From positions 3,360,001-3,392,000 of the forward strand of contig OY969938.1 of the NCBI GenBank assembly GCA_963704755.1: DNA of 32,000 nt, read 5' to 3'. A program made the translations under genes and the position numbers. Under the pieces are notes generated by a model. The model did no database searches. It was not told the origin of the DNA and saw nothing but the letters and a program-made list of their open reading frames with translations. Below are positions 14,521-23,686 of the stretch, in pieces; within the stretch, counting starts at the first letter, position 1, and each line of letters begins with the position of its first letter. Origin of the DNA: an uncultured Chloroflexia bacterium. GTDB lineage: Bacteria > Chloroflexota > Anaerolineae > Anaerolineales > Anaerolineaceae.

Positions 14521-16242
14521 ATGGCCACCACCCTCGTCTTTGCATTGATTTTCTTCCCAATCTGCTGGCTGTATGGCTGGTTGGCCGTCAAGTTAATCGA
14601 AAAAATCTTCGGAATTGAAAGTCAAGAAATCGACCCGCTATTGTATATGTTAGCGGGCCTGATTTTATTAACCAGCCTGGGCGCTTTTTTCACCCTCTTT
14701 TTGGCGCTCAACTGGCAGGCGATCGGCCTGATTATCCTGGGCGCGGTCGCCATTTTGATGGTCGGCTCGCGCCGGCGCATTCTGGTCTATCCCTGGCAGC
14801 TCATCGATACCCGCAGCCTGGCCTGGCCGGTGTGGGTTTTACTGGGGGTGGTGTTTGTTTCCATCCTGGTCAACGCGGTCAAGCTGCCGGCCAACCCGGA
14901 TACGGCCCTCTACCATGCCCAAACCATCCACTGGATCGAGGCTTACCGGGTGGTACCCGGCCTGGGCAACCTGCAATCCCGCTTCGCATATAACTCCGAC
15001 TGGCTGGTGCTCAACGCGCTGTTCAGCTTCGCCTTTATCGGGCTGGGTTCGCTGCACCTGGTAGCAGCTATGCTGTATTTTGTGGTGTGCGCCGACTTTC
15101 TGCGCGGGGTGGCCAACTGGTTTCGCGGCAATTTCTCGCTGGCCAACTGTTTCCGGGTGATCTGCCTGCCGCTCACCTTTTACCTGGTCGGCGCCCAGGT
15201 TTCCTCGCCGGGGACGGATGTGCCGGTGATTCTGATTGCCTGGTGCCTGGCAGCCGCCTGGCTGGAACGCCCGCACACACATCGGGCCAGCCTGACAACC
15301 CCTGACCTGGTCATTGTGGCCAGTTCGGTTTTCCTGGTGACGCTCAAACTCTCGGCGGCGCCGCTGATTCTGCTGTCCGTGCTGGTGCTGTGGGGTAAGA
15401 AGATCAACTGGGGCGACCTGTTCATCCTGGCCGCCATGGCCGGGTTCATTCTGCTGCCCTGGATGATGCGCAGCCTGATCCTTTCCGGCTACCTGGTCTT
15501 TCCGGTCAGCTTTCCCAATATTTTTACCTTCGACTGGAAGATTCCCCCGGCGGACGTTGCGGAGGCCAGCAAGATTATCCGCGCCTGGGCGCGCATCGAT
15601 GGCGGCAACGTGGACGTGGTAGCGGCGCTGCCGGTGCAGGGTTGGGCCAAATACTGGTTCTTCGACCATTCGGCCAACCAGCAGGTTGTGCTGGCCCTGG
15701 CGGGGGTTTCGCCGTTGGGGGTGGCCATTACCTGGCTGTGGAAGCGCATCCGGCGCATAAGCCTGAGCGGGGAAGAGAAGCGGCTGTTGGGAATGTATTC
15801 GGTCGCGCTGGCCGGGGCGATTTTCTGGCTTTTCAGCGCCCCCGACCTGCGTTTCGGCTATACCTACGTCATTTTGCTGATCGGCCTGCCGGCCGCGTAC
15901 CTGCTCTCGTGGTTGGCAAAGCTGCCCGGCGGCTGGCTGGCGTTCCTGCGCTACGGCCTGGTGGCCCTGCTGGTGATTTACCAGGTCTTCTTCCTGGTGC
16001 GCTCGTTGGACCTTTCCGACCTGGCCGGCACCCTGGTGCTGCCCACCGACTACCGCGAGCTGCCCAGTGAGCCCTGCAGCCTGGAAAACGGCACCATTCT
16101 GTGTGCGGCCGAGATCAGCTATACCGACTGCTGGTACAACCCCTTCCCCTGCATCCCCAAGCCGGTCAGCGGGGTGTATCTGCGCGGCGATAACTGGCAG
16201 GACGGCTTCACGGTCAACCCGCCGGATAAGGCCGGCCCGTAG
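14521..16242 (+). CDS. Large polytopic membrane protein (more than 12 predicted TM segments), possibly a GT-C/O-antigen-polymerase-like glycosyl-transfer protein, with a Cys-containing extracytoplasmic tail
   Basis: 573 aa and hydrophobic throughout. The C-terminal soluble segment has 4 Cys ('EPCSLENGTILCAAEISYTDCWYNPFPCIP'). I recognise no catalytic motif, so the function is inferred from architecture only. Confidence 0.65.
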   Translation: MATTLVFALIFFPICWLYGWLAVKLIEKIFGIESQEIDPLLYMLAGLILLTSLGAFFTLFLALNWQAIGLIILGAVAILMVGSRRRILVYPWQLIDTRSLAWPVWVLLGVVFVSILVNAVKLPANPDTALYHAQTIHWIEAYRVVPGLGNLQSRFAYNSDWLVLNALFSFAFIGLGSLHLVAAMLYFVVCADFLRGVANWFRGNFSLANCFRVICLPLTFYLVGAQVSSPGTDVPVILIAWCLAAAWLERPHTHRASLTTPDLVIVASSVFLVTLKLSAAPLILLSVLVLWGKKINWGDLFILAAMAGFILLPWMMRSLILSGYLVFPVSFPNIFTFDWKIPPADVAEASKIIRAWARIDGGNVDVVAALPVQGWAKYWFFDHSANQQVVLALAGVSPLGVAITWLWKRIRRISLSGEEKRLLGMYSVALAGAIFWLFSAPDLRFGYTYVILLIGLPAAYLLSWLAKLPGGWLAFLRYGLVALLVIYQVFFLVRSLDLSDLAGTLVLPTDYRELPSEPCSLENGTILCAAEISYTDCWYNPFPCIPKPVSGVYLRGDNWQDGFTVNPPDKAGP

Positions 16243-16366
16243 CAGGTTTTATCGGCCGTTTGGCTGCCGTTGGGCACGATGAACTCGTCATCGCGGGCGA
16301 CCAGCGCCATCAGCAAGCGCTTTCCTGGAAATTGGGTAACCGTGCGGCAGCTCTTCGCGATAGTCG

Positions 16367-18400
16367 TCAGCCGTTGACCGGCAGAGGTGCGGATCCGCTG
16401 CCCTCTGGACTGGCGCCAGCCTCGTCGGGGGTGTCCGGAACGAAATCGGGCAGCTCGGTCTCGACGTTGCGGATGCGCGGATGGAGATAGACCAATCCGT
16501 TGACGGCCAGCAGGACCAGGGCGGCGATTACAAAGATCAACCCGATCCCGCGGCCCGGCCCGGTGCCCAAAAAGTGGCCCAGAAAGGTGTTGCTCAGCAG
16601 GCCGCCCGGCTGCATGGCCGGTTCGAAAAATTTATCGGCCAGCGGGCCGGCCAGCAGGTAGGCCAGGGGCATCATCGCGCGCGAGATAACGGTGCGGATG
16701 GCAAAGACCCTGCCCTGGATTTCAGGGGCGATTTTTGCCTGGCTGATGGCCATGCTGGCGCCGGAAGCCACCGGGATCGGCATTACCAGAATGGCCATAC
16801 CCACACCCAGGGCGATCCAACTCTGGCTCATTCCGGCGAATGCCAGCCCCAGGGCAGCCAGCGAAAGCGACAGGACAATCCCGCGGATTTTCTTTTTCGG
16901 CCCGCCCCAGGCGCTCAAGACCAGGCTGCCACCCAGAAAGCCGACCCCCATAATCGCCTGGATGCTGCCCAGGATTGAGGCGGAGGCAAAACTGAGCACC
17001 AGCGGACCGACCAGCACGGTGGCAAAATTCAACAGAAAGTTCACGCCGCTGGAATAAAGGGTCAATCCCAGCAGGCCACTGCGGGCGCGCAGGTAATTCC
17101 AGCCGAAAACCAGGTCGTTCCAGACCTGGCCCTTCCTGGGCTGGCGGTCCTCGCTGGAAAGCAGCGGTTGGGGAATTTTGATGACCAGTAACGCGCCGAC
17201 GGCGAAAAAGAAGGTGACGAAATCGATGGTCATGACGCCGTTCAGGCCGATCAGCACGAACAGCACCCCGGCCAGGGCAGGTGAGATCAGCGTCTGGATC
17301 GCCTGGCTGAGCTGGCTCAGGCCGCTTGCGCGGGCCAGGTCCTTTTTAGGTACCAGCATGGTCACCGAGGCGGTAAAAGCCGGCTCCTGGAAGGCGGTGA
17401 AAACCCCACCGGCCAGGGCGATCAGATAAATGTTCCAGACCTGCAGATGGCCGAAAGTGACGATCAGCAGGGCGCTCAAGGTGACCAGTGCGCTGCCGGT
17501 ATCGGCCAGGATCATCATCCAGCGCCGGTTCCACCGGTCCGCCAGGGAGCCGGCCAGCGGAGAAAGCAGGATAGGCGGCAGCGCATTGAACAAGACCGTG
17601 ATGGCAAAGGGAGTTGCTTGCTCGGTCTGCTGGAAGATCCACACGGCCAGGGCAAAATCGGTCAGGCCTGAGCCGACCAGGGAAATCAGCTCACCGAACC
17701 AGATAACGGTAAACGAGCGCATGTTCTTGGGTTGGGTAAAAGTTGTTGCCATCTGATCGTACCTATAAAGAGGTTTTTCATCCTTTGAGGGGCTGTAATA
17801 AAAACTAGGGTATAAAAAGGCGGCCAGACTGAAAAGCTGTACGCCCTCGCGGTTATGATCTGGTTGACTTTCTGTTTGCTCGAATTCTTCCAGCAGATCG
17901 AACAGTTTTTGCTCGAACCGGCGGACTTGCTCTTCGGTCAGGTAAGCCTGGACGCGATTAATGAGCATTTTGCGTGGAACCTTTTGCTCGCCGCTTTCCA
18001 GGCTGCTGTAACGCGCGTGTAAGCTGCGGTTGATATCCTCGCGGGTGGTTTCCAGCAAGGCACGGACGACTTCGTCGATGCCTTCGTATTCGCCGTTTTC
18101 GCTGAAACGCAATAGATCGTGGTCGATTTCCAGGTCCCTGGCAATGACGCTGTAGATTTTTTCTACCAGGTTGCCCACCAGCCTGGTCTCGACCACTTTG
18201 ACCAGCCCGTGTTTTTCCAGCAAGTTGAAGTGGTAGTATAGCTTGCTGGAGGCCAGGCCTAATTTCTCCGCCACTGCGTTTACGGTTTGGGGTTCTTGGG
18301 CCAGGATCTCGTATATTTGCGAGCGGGTCGGGTCGGCGAAAACCCGCAGGGTATCCAGGTCGTGGATAATAAAAGAATCTTTCGGTTGGTTATTTTTCAT
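16367..18400 (-). CDS. In-frame fusion of an ArsR-type winged-HTH domain (about 215 aa) with an MFS transporter (about 460 aa)
   Basis: A single 677-aa ORF. The N-terminal part 'LRVFADPTRSQIYEILAQEPQTVNAVAEKLGLASSKLYYHFNLLEKHGLV' is ArsR/SmtB-like. From 'MATTFTQPKNMRSFTVIWFGELISLVGSG...LADRWNRR' onward it is a 12-TM MFS of the EntS/MFS_3 type. There is no stop and no obvious SD at the junction. Confidence 0.8.
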   Translation of the reverse strand: MKNNQPKDSFIIHDLDTLRVFADPTRSQIYEILAQEPQTVNAVAEKLGLASSKLYYHFNLLEKHGLVKVVETRLVGNLVEKIYSVIARDLEIDHDLLRFSENGEYEGIDEVVRALLETTREDINRSLHARYSSLESGEQKVPRKMLINRVQAYLTEEQVRRFEQKLFDLLEEFEQTESQPDHNREGVQLFSLAAFLYPSFYYSPSKDEKPLYRYDQMATTFTQPKNMRSFTVIWFGELISLVGSGLTDFALAVWIFQQTEQATPFAITVLFNALPPILLSPLAGSLADRWNRRWMMILADTGSALVTLSALLIVTFGHLQVWNIYLIALAGGVFTAFQEPAFTASVTMLVPKKDLARASGLSQLSQAIQTLISPALAGVLFVLIGLNGVMTIDFVTFFFAVGALLVIKIPQPLLSSEDRQPRKGQVWNDLVFGWNYLRARSGLLGLTLYSSGVNFLLNFATVLVGPLVLSFASASILGSIQAIMGVGFLGGSLVLSAWGGPKKKIRGIVLSLSLAALGLAFAGMSQSWIALGVGMAILVMPIPVASGASMAISQAKIAPEIQGRVFAIRTVISRAMMPLAYLLAGPLADKFFEPAMQPGGLLSNTFLGHFLGTGPGRGIGLIFVIAALVLLAVNGLVYLHPRIRNVETELPDFVPDTPDEAGASPEGSGSAPLPVNG

Positions 18401-18408
18401 CGCTTTAC

Positions 18409-18446
18409 CTTGTTATAGCGTTTAAATTATTTTTAACGATAACAAG
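18409..18446. promoter_or_regulatory. Inverted repeat immediately upstream of the HTH::MFS start, candidate autoregulatory operator
   Basis: CTTGTTATAGCGTT - 12 nt AT-rich - AACGATAACAAG (imperfect by one base). Confidence 0.3.
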
Positions 18447-18511
18447 ATAATACAATAGCTGTTTCGTAATGTCAAGGGGAGAATTGCGATTGGCTGCCGG
18501 CGCTGCCCTGC

Positions 18512-18540
18512 TTGACATTTCCTCGCCCAGCGCGTATACT
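18512..18540 (+). promoter_or_regulatory. Near-consensus sigma70 promoter driving the TPP riboswitch
   Basis: TTGACA (18512-18517), a 17-nt spacer, then TATACT (18535-18540). Confidence 0.55.
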
Positions 18541-18557
18541 CACAACAGTAGACATAA

Positions 18558-18655
18558 ACCAAACGGGGAGCCTGGTGAGCCAGGCTGAGAGGAGGACCTG
18601 AGTCCTCGACCCGCTGAACCTGATCCGGGTAATGCCGGCGGAGGGAAGACGTGTG
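18558..18655 (+). promoter_or_regulatory. TPP (THI-box) riboswitch
   Basis: ACGGGGAGCCTGGTGAGCCAGGCTGAGAGGAGGACCTGAGTCCTCGACCCGCTGAACCTGATCCGGGTAATGCCGGCGGAGGGAAGACGT contains the conserved CUGAGA, ACCC..UGAACCUGAUC.GG.UAAUGCC.GCG.AGGGA blocks. Downstream, CCCTCCGCC can pair with either GGCGGAGGG or the SD AAGGAGG (18676-18682). Confidence 0.88.
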
Positions 18656-18692
18656 TTGTTGTTAAACCCTCCGCCAAGGAGGTTTTTTTATT

Positions 18693-19361
18693 ATGGCTGC
18701 AAAACGAGCATTTGTTTTCGTCAACGGCGAACTGGCCGATCCACCCGCCTTGCAGGCCCAGATCCAACCGGGCGACACGCTGGTGGCTGCCGATGGGGGA
18801 CTCCGCCACATGCAATCCATAGGGGCCAGGCCGGACCTAGTTATCGGTGATCTCGATTCGGCCGATCCGCAATTATTGGCCGAATTGCAGGCCCAGGGGG
18901 TGCGCATCGAGCGCTACCCGCGTGAAAAAGACGAGACCGACCTGGAGCTGGCCCTGCTGGAGCTTTCCAAACAGGGCTTCGACGAAATCCGGGTTATAGC
19001 GGCCCTGGGCGGCCGCCTGGACCAGACCCTGGCCAACCTGTACCTGCTGGAAATGGACGGGCTGGAAGACGTCGATGTGCGTATAGATGATGGGCACGAA
19101 GAAATCCTCATCATCCATGGCGCGGCCGTGATCGCGGGCCGGCCGGGCGATACGTTGTCCCTGCTGGCGATGGACGGCTGTACCACCGGCATCCTCACCC
19201 AGGGTTTGAAGTATCCGCTCAACGACAGCACCCTGTGTCCCAGCCGTACGCGGGGCATCAGCAACGAGATGTTAACCGAGCGGGCAGAAGTCCATGTTGG
19301 CTCTGGCCGGCTGTTGTGCATCCATACCCGCCAACCCCAGGTTGTAGCTGAAGAAAGCTGA
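18693..19361 (+). CDS. thiN: Thiamine pyrophosphokinase (thiamine diphosphokinase)
   Basis: 222 aa. 'FVFVNGEL...LVAADGG...PDLVIGDLDS...EKDETDLELAL' matches the TPK catalytic domain, and a C-terminal thiamine-binding beta domain follows. The gene lies directly behind the TPP riboswitch. Confidence 0.85.
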   Translation: MAAKRAFVFVNGELADPPALQAQIQPGDTLVAADGGLRHMQSIGARPDLVIGDLDSADPQLLAELQAQGVRIERYPREKDETDLELALLELSKQGFDEIRVIAALGGRLDQTLANLYLLEMDGLEDVDVRIDDGHEEILIIHGAAVIAGRPGDTLSLLAMDGCTTGILTQGLKYPLNDSTLCPSRTRGISNEMLTERAEVHVGSGRLLCIHTRQPQVVAEES

Positions 19362-19450
19362 TCGCTGCCTTCATTCGCGAGTTTGAGTGGCTAAGAGAAG
19401 GTTTGTTTTCCCCTTTGTTCCGAAGGGTAGTTAATCATCAGGAGAAGAGA

Positions 19451-20581
19451 ATGAGAAAGATTGCGAGAATTTTGCCCCTGGTAGCTGTGGCGGCAATGCT
19501 TCTGGGCGCCTGCGCCCAAACGGCCACCCCGGTCACGCCTAGCGACCAGACGTCTTCCGCGACGAACGGGCAGCCTAGCGCTGCCCCGGCCACAGCGCAG
19601 ACGGCTGCCCCCACCGAGCTGAAAGTGATGACCCACGATTTCTTTGCCGTCAGCGACAGCCTGGTCAGCCAGTTCGAAAGCGAGAACAACGCCAAACTGA
19701 CCTTCCTGCCCAGCGGCGACGCCGGCGCGGCCCTCAACCAGGCCATTTTGACCAAGAATTCGCCCATCGCGGATGTGTTCTACGGCGTGGACAATACTTT
19801 CCTATCGCGTGCGTTGGAGGAAGGTATTTACGAGCCGTACGACTCGCCCCTGCTGGCGAAGATCCCCGACCAGTTCAAACTGGACCCCAGTAACAATGCC
19901 CTGCCGGTCGATTACGGCGATGTGTGCATCAATTATGACAAGGCCTACTTCGCCGATCACAACCTGGATGTGCCCCAATCGCTAGACGACCTGACCAAGC
20001 CCGAGTATAAAGGCCTGCTGGTGATGGAGAACCCGGCGACCTCGTCCACCGGGTTGGCCTTCCTGCTGGCCAGCATCGCCCAATATGGCAAGGACGGCTA
20101 CCTGAATTACTGGCAGCAGATGAAAGATAACGGCCTGCAGGTGGTGGACGGCTGGGAGACGGCTTATTACACCAACTTCAGCGGCTCGTCCGGCAAAGGC
20201 CCCCAGCCGATGGTGGTCTCGTACGCCTCCAGCCCACCGGTCGAGGTGATCTATGCCGAGACGCCTATCACCGATGCGCCAACCGCTGCGATCGTCGCCC
20301 CGGGCACCTGCTTCCGCCAGATCGAGTTTGTGGGCATCCTCAAAGGCACCCAGCAGCAGGCTTTGGCGCAGAAATTTGTCGACTTCATGTTGAGCGTGCC
20401 TTTCCAGGAAGACATGCCCCTGCAAATGTTCGTTTACCCGGTCAACCCGGATGCGAAGCTGCCGGCCGAATTCACCCAATACGCCCAGGTACCGGACCAG
20501 CCGGCCACCCTCGACCCGGCTACGATCACGGCCAACCGTGACGCCTGGATCGAGGCCTGGACCAATACGGTTTTGCACTAG
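19451..20581 (+). CDS. thiB: Thiamine/TPP ABC transporter substrate-binding lipoprotein (ThiB/TbpA family)
   Basis: From the ATG at 19451 (RBS AGGAG) the sequence is MRKIARILPLVAVAAMLLGAC, which contains a lipobox. 'LKVMTHDFFAVSDSLVSQFESENNAKLTFLPSGDAGAALN' is ThiB-like. The context is the riboswitch plus ThiP. Confidence 0.8.
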   Translation: MRKIARILPLVAVAAMLLGACAQTATPVTPSDQTSSATNGQPSAAPATAQTAAPTELKVMTHDFFAVSDSLVSQFESENNAKLTFLPSGDAGAALNQAILTKNSPIADVFYGVDNTFLSRALEEGIYEPYDSPLLAKIPDQFKLDPSNNALPVDYGDVCINYDKAYFADHNLDVPQSLDDLTKPEYKGLLVMENPATSSTGLAFLLASIAQYGKDGYLNYWQQMKDNGLQVVDGWETAYYTNFSGSSGKGPQPMVVSYASSPPVEVIYAETPITDAPTAAIVAPGTCFRQIEFVGILKGTQQQALAQKFVDFMLSVPFQEDMPLQMFVYPVNPDAKLPAEFTQYAQVPDQPATLDPATITANRDAWIEAWTNTVLH

Positions 20582-20583
20582 GT

Positions 20584-22299
20584 ATGCAGGCTCCCTGGAT
20601 CAGCAGCAGAGCAGGCCACCCCAACCGGATCCTTTGGTTGTGGGCCCTGCCGCTGCTCTTCCTGGGGGTCTTCTTTTTTCTGCCGCTGGGCGCGATCTTT
20701 CGCCTGGCGGGCGGCGAACTGGCCGGCGGCCTGTTCAACCCAGGCGTGTGGTCACGGGTGGGGCAAACGCTGGGGTTTACGCTCTGGCAGGCCAGTATCT
20801 CCACCCTGGCGACCCTGGCGCTGGGACTGCCGGCGGCGTACGTGTTCGGACAGTTTTCCTTCCCCGGTAAGGGGCTGCTGCGCGTCCTGACCACCTTGCC
20901 GTTTATCCTGCCCACGGTGGTGGTGGCAGCCGCTTTCAATACGTTAATCGGCCCGCACGGATGGATCAACCTGGCACTGATGAGCTGGTTCCATCTGGCC
21001 AATCCACCGGTCAACCTGCTCAATTCGCTGACGGCCATTGTGCTGGCGCACGTATTTTACAATACCACCATCATCATCCGGGTGGTCGGCAGTGCCTGGA
21101 GCCAGCTCGATCCGCGCCTGGGCCAGGCCGCGCGCGTGCTGGGCGCCTCTACCTGGCGCACGCTGACCGAAGTGACCCTGCCGCTGCTGCGTCCGGCTAT
21201 TTTTGCCGCGGCGCTGCTGGTGTTCATTTTCGACTTCACCAGTTTTGGGGTTATATTACTGCTGGGCGGGCCCAAGTTTGCTACCCTGGAAGTGGAAATC
21301 TACACCCAGGCGCTGTACATGCTCAATTTGCCCCTGGCGGGGCTGCTTTCGGCCATCCAGTTGGCCTGCACGCTGGGGCTGACCATCGCCTACAGCCGCA
21401 TGACCGCGCGCATTCACGTACCGCTGGCCCCGCGCCTGCAAGGGGAAGGCACCCACCGGCCGGTTTCGACGCGCCAAAAGTTGTTCGTCCTGGCGCTGGT
21501 CATCATGATCGTGGCCCTGCTGGTCCTGCCGCTGACGGCTTTGGCGGCGCGCTCGCTGGTGCGCCTGGAGGCCGATCGCGGCCAGCGCGGCCAGGTACAG
21601 ACCGGCCTGACCCTGGACTATTACAAAGAATTATTCGTCAACCAGCGCAACTCTTTCTTTTACGTTCCGCCAATCACAGCGGCGCGAAATTCGCTGGCTT
21701 ACGCCGGCACGACCGTGTTGATCTCGGTCAGCCTGGGGTTCCTGGCGGCTTACGCCCTCACCCGCCAGTCGCGTATCAACCGGGCTCTCGATCCGCTGCT
21801 GATGCTGCCCCTGGGCACCTCGGCGGTCACGCTTGGCCTGGGGTTCATTGTGGTATTCAACGGGCCGCCCCTGGACGCCCGCTCCTTCCCGCTGCTGCTG
21901 CCAATTGCCCACAGCCTGGTGGCGCTGCCCTTCGTGGTGCGCACCTTACAGCCGGCGCTGCAGACCATTCCGCAAAACCTGCGCCAGGCGGCGGCGGTGA
22001 TGGGGGCCTCACCGCTGCGGGTCTGGTGGGAAGTGGACCTGCCCATCATCGCCCGGGCGATCCTGGTCTCGGCGGTGTTTGCTTTCACCATCTCGTTGGG
22101 GGAATTTGGCGCGACCAGCTTTTTGTACCGCCCAGAGTACCCAACCCTGCCGGTGGCGATCTATCGTTTCATCGGCCAACCGGGTGGATTGAATTACGGG
22201 CAGGCCCTGGCCATGTCCACGCTACTGATGGTGGTCTGCGCCCTGGGTATCCTGGTCATCGAGCGCCTGCGCCTGCCGGGCATTCGCGAAGAGTGGTAA
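20584..22299 (+). CDS. thiP: Thiamine ABC transporter permease with duplicated permease domains (ThiP-like)
   Basis: 571 aa with two tandem 6-TM binding-protein-dependent permease halves. The start lies 2 nt after the thiB stop. Confidence 0.8.
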   Translation: MQAPWISSRAGHPNRILWLWALPLLFLGVFFFLPLGAIFRLAGGELAGGLFNPGVWSRVGQTLGFTLWQASISTLATLALGLPAAYVFGQFSFPGKGLLRVLTTLPFILPTVVVAAAFNTLIGPHGWINLALMSWFHLANPPVNLLNSLTAIVLAHVFYNTTIIIRVVGSAWSQLDPRLGQAARVLGASTWRTLTEVTLPLLRPAIFAAALLVFIFDFTSFGVILLLGGPKFATLEVEIYTQALYMLNLPLAGLLSAIQLACTLGLTIAYSRMTARIHVPLAPRLQGEGTHRPVSTRQKLFVLALVIMIVALLVLPLTALAARSLVRLEADRGQRGQVQTGLTLDYYKELFVNQRNSFFYVPPITAARNSLAYAGTTVLISVSLGFLAAYALTRQSRINRALDPLLMLPLGTSAVTLGLGFIVVFNGPPLDARSFPLLLPIAHSLVALPFVVRTLQPALQTIPQNLRQAAAVMGASPLRVWWEVDLPIIARAILVSAVFAFTISLGEFGATSFLYRPEYPTLPVAIYRFIGQPGGLNYGQALAMSTLLMVVCALGILVIERLRLPGIREEW

Positions 22300-22304
22300 A
22301 GGAA

Positions 22305-22343
22305 TGAAGTGTTTGCGAGGGTGAAGCCCTCACAAACACTTCA
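22305..22343. repeat. Hairpin (17-bp stem, one C-A mismatch, 5-nt loop) between convergent genes, same family and a likely bidirectional terminator
   Basis: TGAAGTGTTTGCGAGGG / tgaag / CCCTCACAAACACTTCA. Confidence 0.85.
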
Positions 22344-22355
22344 AATTCGAGGACT

Positions 22356-23651
22356 TTACGGAAGATAGACCACCCGGTAGACCCGGTCGCCCTTGTCGTC
22401 CGAGATATACATATCGCCCTTGGGGCCGAAGATAACGTCGGCCGGGCGGCCCCAGGTGGTGGCATCGCCGCACAGGCCCCCGGCGGCGCGCCAGCCGGTG
22501 GCGAAATCCTGGGCGCCGGTTGGCGCGCCGCTGGTGGGGTCGAGGGTCACTCGCTCGATCTTGCAATCGCGGTAATTGGCCGGGTCGCTGGTGTTCCACG
22601 AGCCGTGGAAGGCAAGGTAGAGGCTATCCTGGTAGGCCTGCGGGAAGAGCGGGCCGGCGCCCAGGGTCATACCCAGCGGGGCCGAATGGGCCGGGGCAGT
22701 ATATAACGCCGGGATGGCCTGGTCACAGCTCATTCCGTTGGGGATGGCGATACGGGTGTCGCGCACCTCGTGGGCAGTGTTCAGCCCCAGGGTGGGGGTG
22801 TAGCAGTACGGCCAGCCGTACCATTGATTGCCCTGGATGGGGATGATGATCTCTTCCGGGGGGGTATTATCCCCCAGGCCGTCCACACCGTTGTGATCGG
22901 CCCACAGGGTACCGTCGGGCTTCCACAGGAAGTCCACGCTGTTGCGCAACCCCCAGGCCCACACGGGTTGTTTGCGCGCGTCCGCATCGGTCGCAAAGGG
23001 GTTATCGGATGGGATCGATCCATCTGCGTTGAAGCGCAGGATGGCAGCCCGGCGCGGGTCGGTCTCGGTGCAGTAATTGCAGCTCGAACCGGCGCTGACG
23101 TACATCTTGCCGTCCGGCCCAAAATGGACCGTGCGGGTGACGTGCCCGCCGCCATCGGGAATGTTGGTGGTGATCAATTGTTTGGTTTCGTATGAGCCAT
23201 TCGAGTCCTGGTCGGCCAGGCGCTCGACCCGGTCGCCCTCGGCTACGTACAGCCAGCCGTCGTGGAACTCGAGCCCATGCGGATAATTCAGCCCACTGGC
23301 CACCACCTCGACGCCGTCGGCCAGGCCGTCGTTGTTACGGTCCGGCAGGCGCACCACCTCGCCGGCGCCGGGGATGCTGACGTAAAGCTGGTCATCCGGG
23401 CCGAAAGCCATAAAACGAGGCCCGCCTGACAGTCCGCTGGCGAAAATTCGGATCTGGAAGCCGGCCGGTAAGGTAATACGTGCGCTGGCTGCGTCGGCCG
23501 GGGGCAGCGGCAGCGCAGCAGAGCCATTCATCACCGCGGGTAAATAAAGCGTTGCCCCCGAGTCGGCCTGGTTGCCGCCCGCGTAGGTGCCCCAGGCGGC
23601 CGTGAGAACCCCGGCCAGGATCAACAGATAAATGGTTATCATTTTTGTCAT
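22356..23651 (-). CDS. Secreted PQQ-dependent sugar dehydrogenase (soluble glucose/sorbosone dehydrogenase family, beta-propeller)
   Basis: 431 aa with an N-terminal signal peptide. Typical GSDH-family blocks are present: 'GLNYPHGLEFHDGWLYVAE', 'NGVDGLGDNTPPEE' and 'GWPYCY'. Confidence 0.8.
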   Translation of the reverse strand: MTKMITIYLLILAGVLTAAWGTYAGGNQADSGATLYLPAVMNGSAALPLPPADAASARITLPAGFQIRIFASGLSGGPRFMAFGPDDQLYVSIPGAGEVVRLPDRNNDGLADGVEVVASGLNYPHGLEFHDGWLYVAEGDRVERLADQDSNGSYETKQLITTNIPDGGGHVTRTVHFGPDGKMYVSAGSSCNYCTETDPRRAAILRFNADGSIPSDNPFATDADARKQPVWAWGLRNSVDFLWKPDGTLWADHNGVDGLGDNTPPEEIIIPIQGNQWYGWPYCYTPTLGLNTAHEVRDTRIAIPNGMSCDQAIPALYTAPAHSAPLGMTLGAGPLFPQAYQDSLYLAFHGSWNTSDPANYRDCKIERVTLDPTSGAPTGAQDFATGWRAAGGLCGDATTWGRPADVIFGPKGDMYISDDKGDRVYRVVYLP

Positions 23652-23686
23652 AAATTTATGATACCGGATTGGGATCGGAATGTAAA

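Noticed and set aside
20961-22307. 448-aa + strand ORF overlapping thiP in another frame
   Set aside because: It has Pro/Arg/Gly/Ala-rich low-complexity composition typical of off-frame translation of high-GC DNA. The in-frame 571-aa ORF is a convincing double permease.
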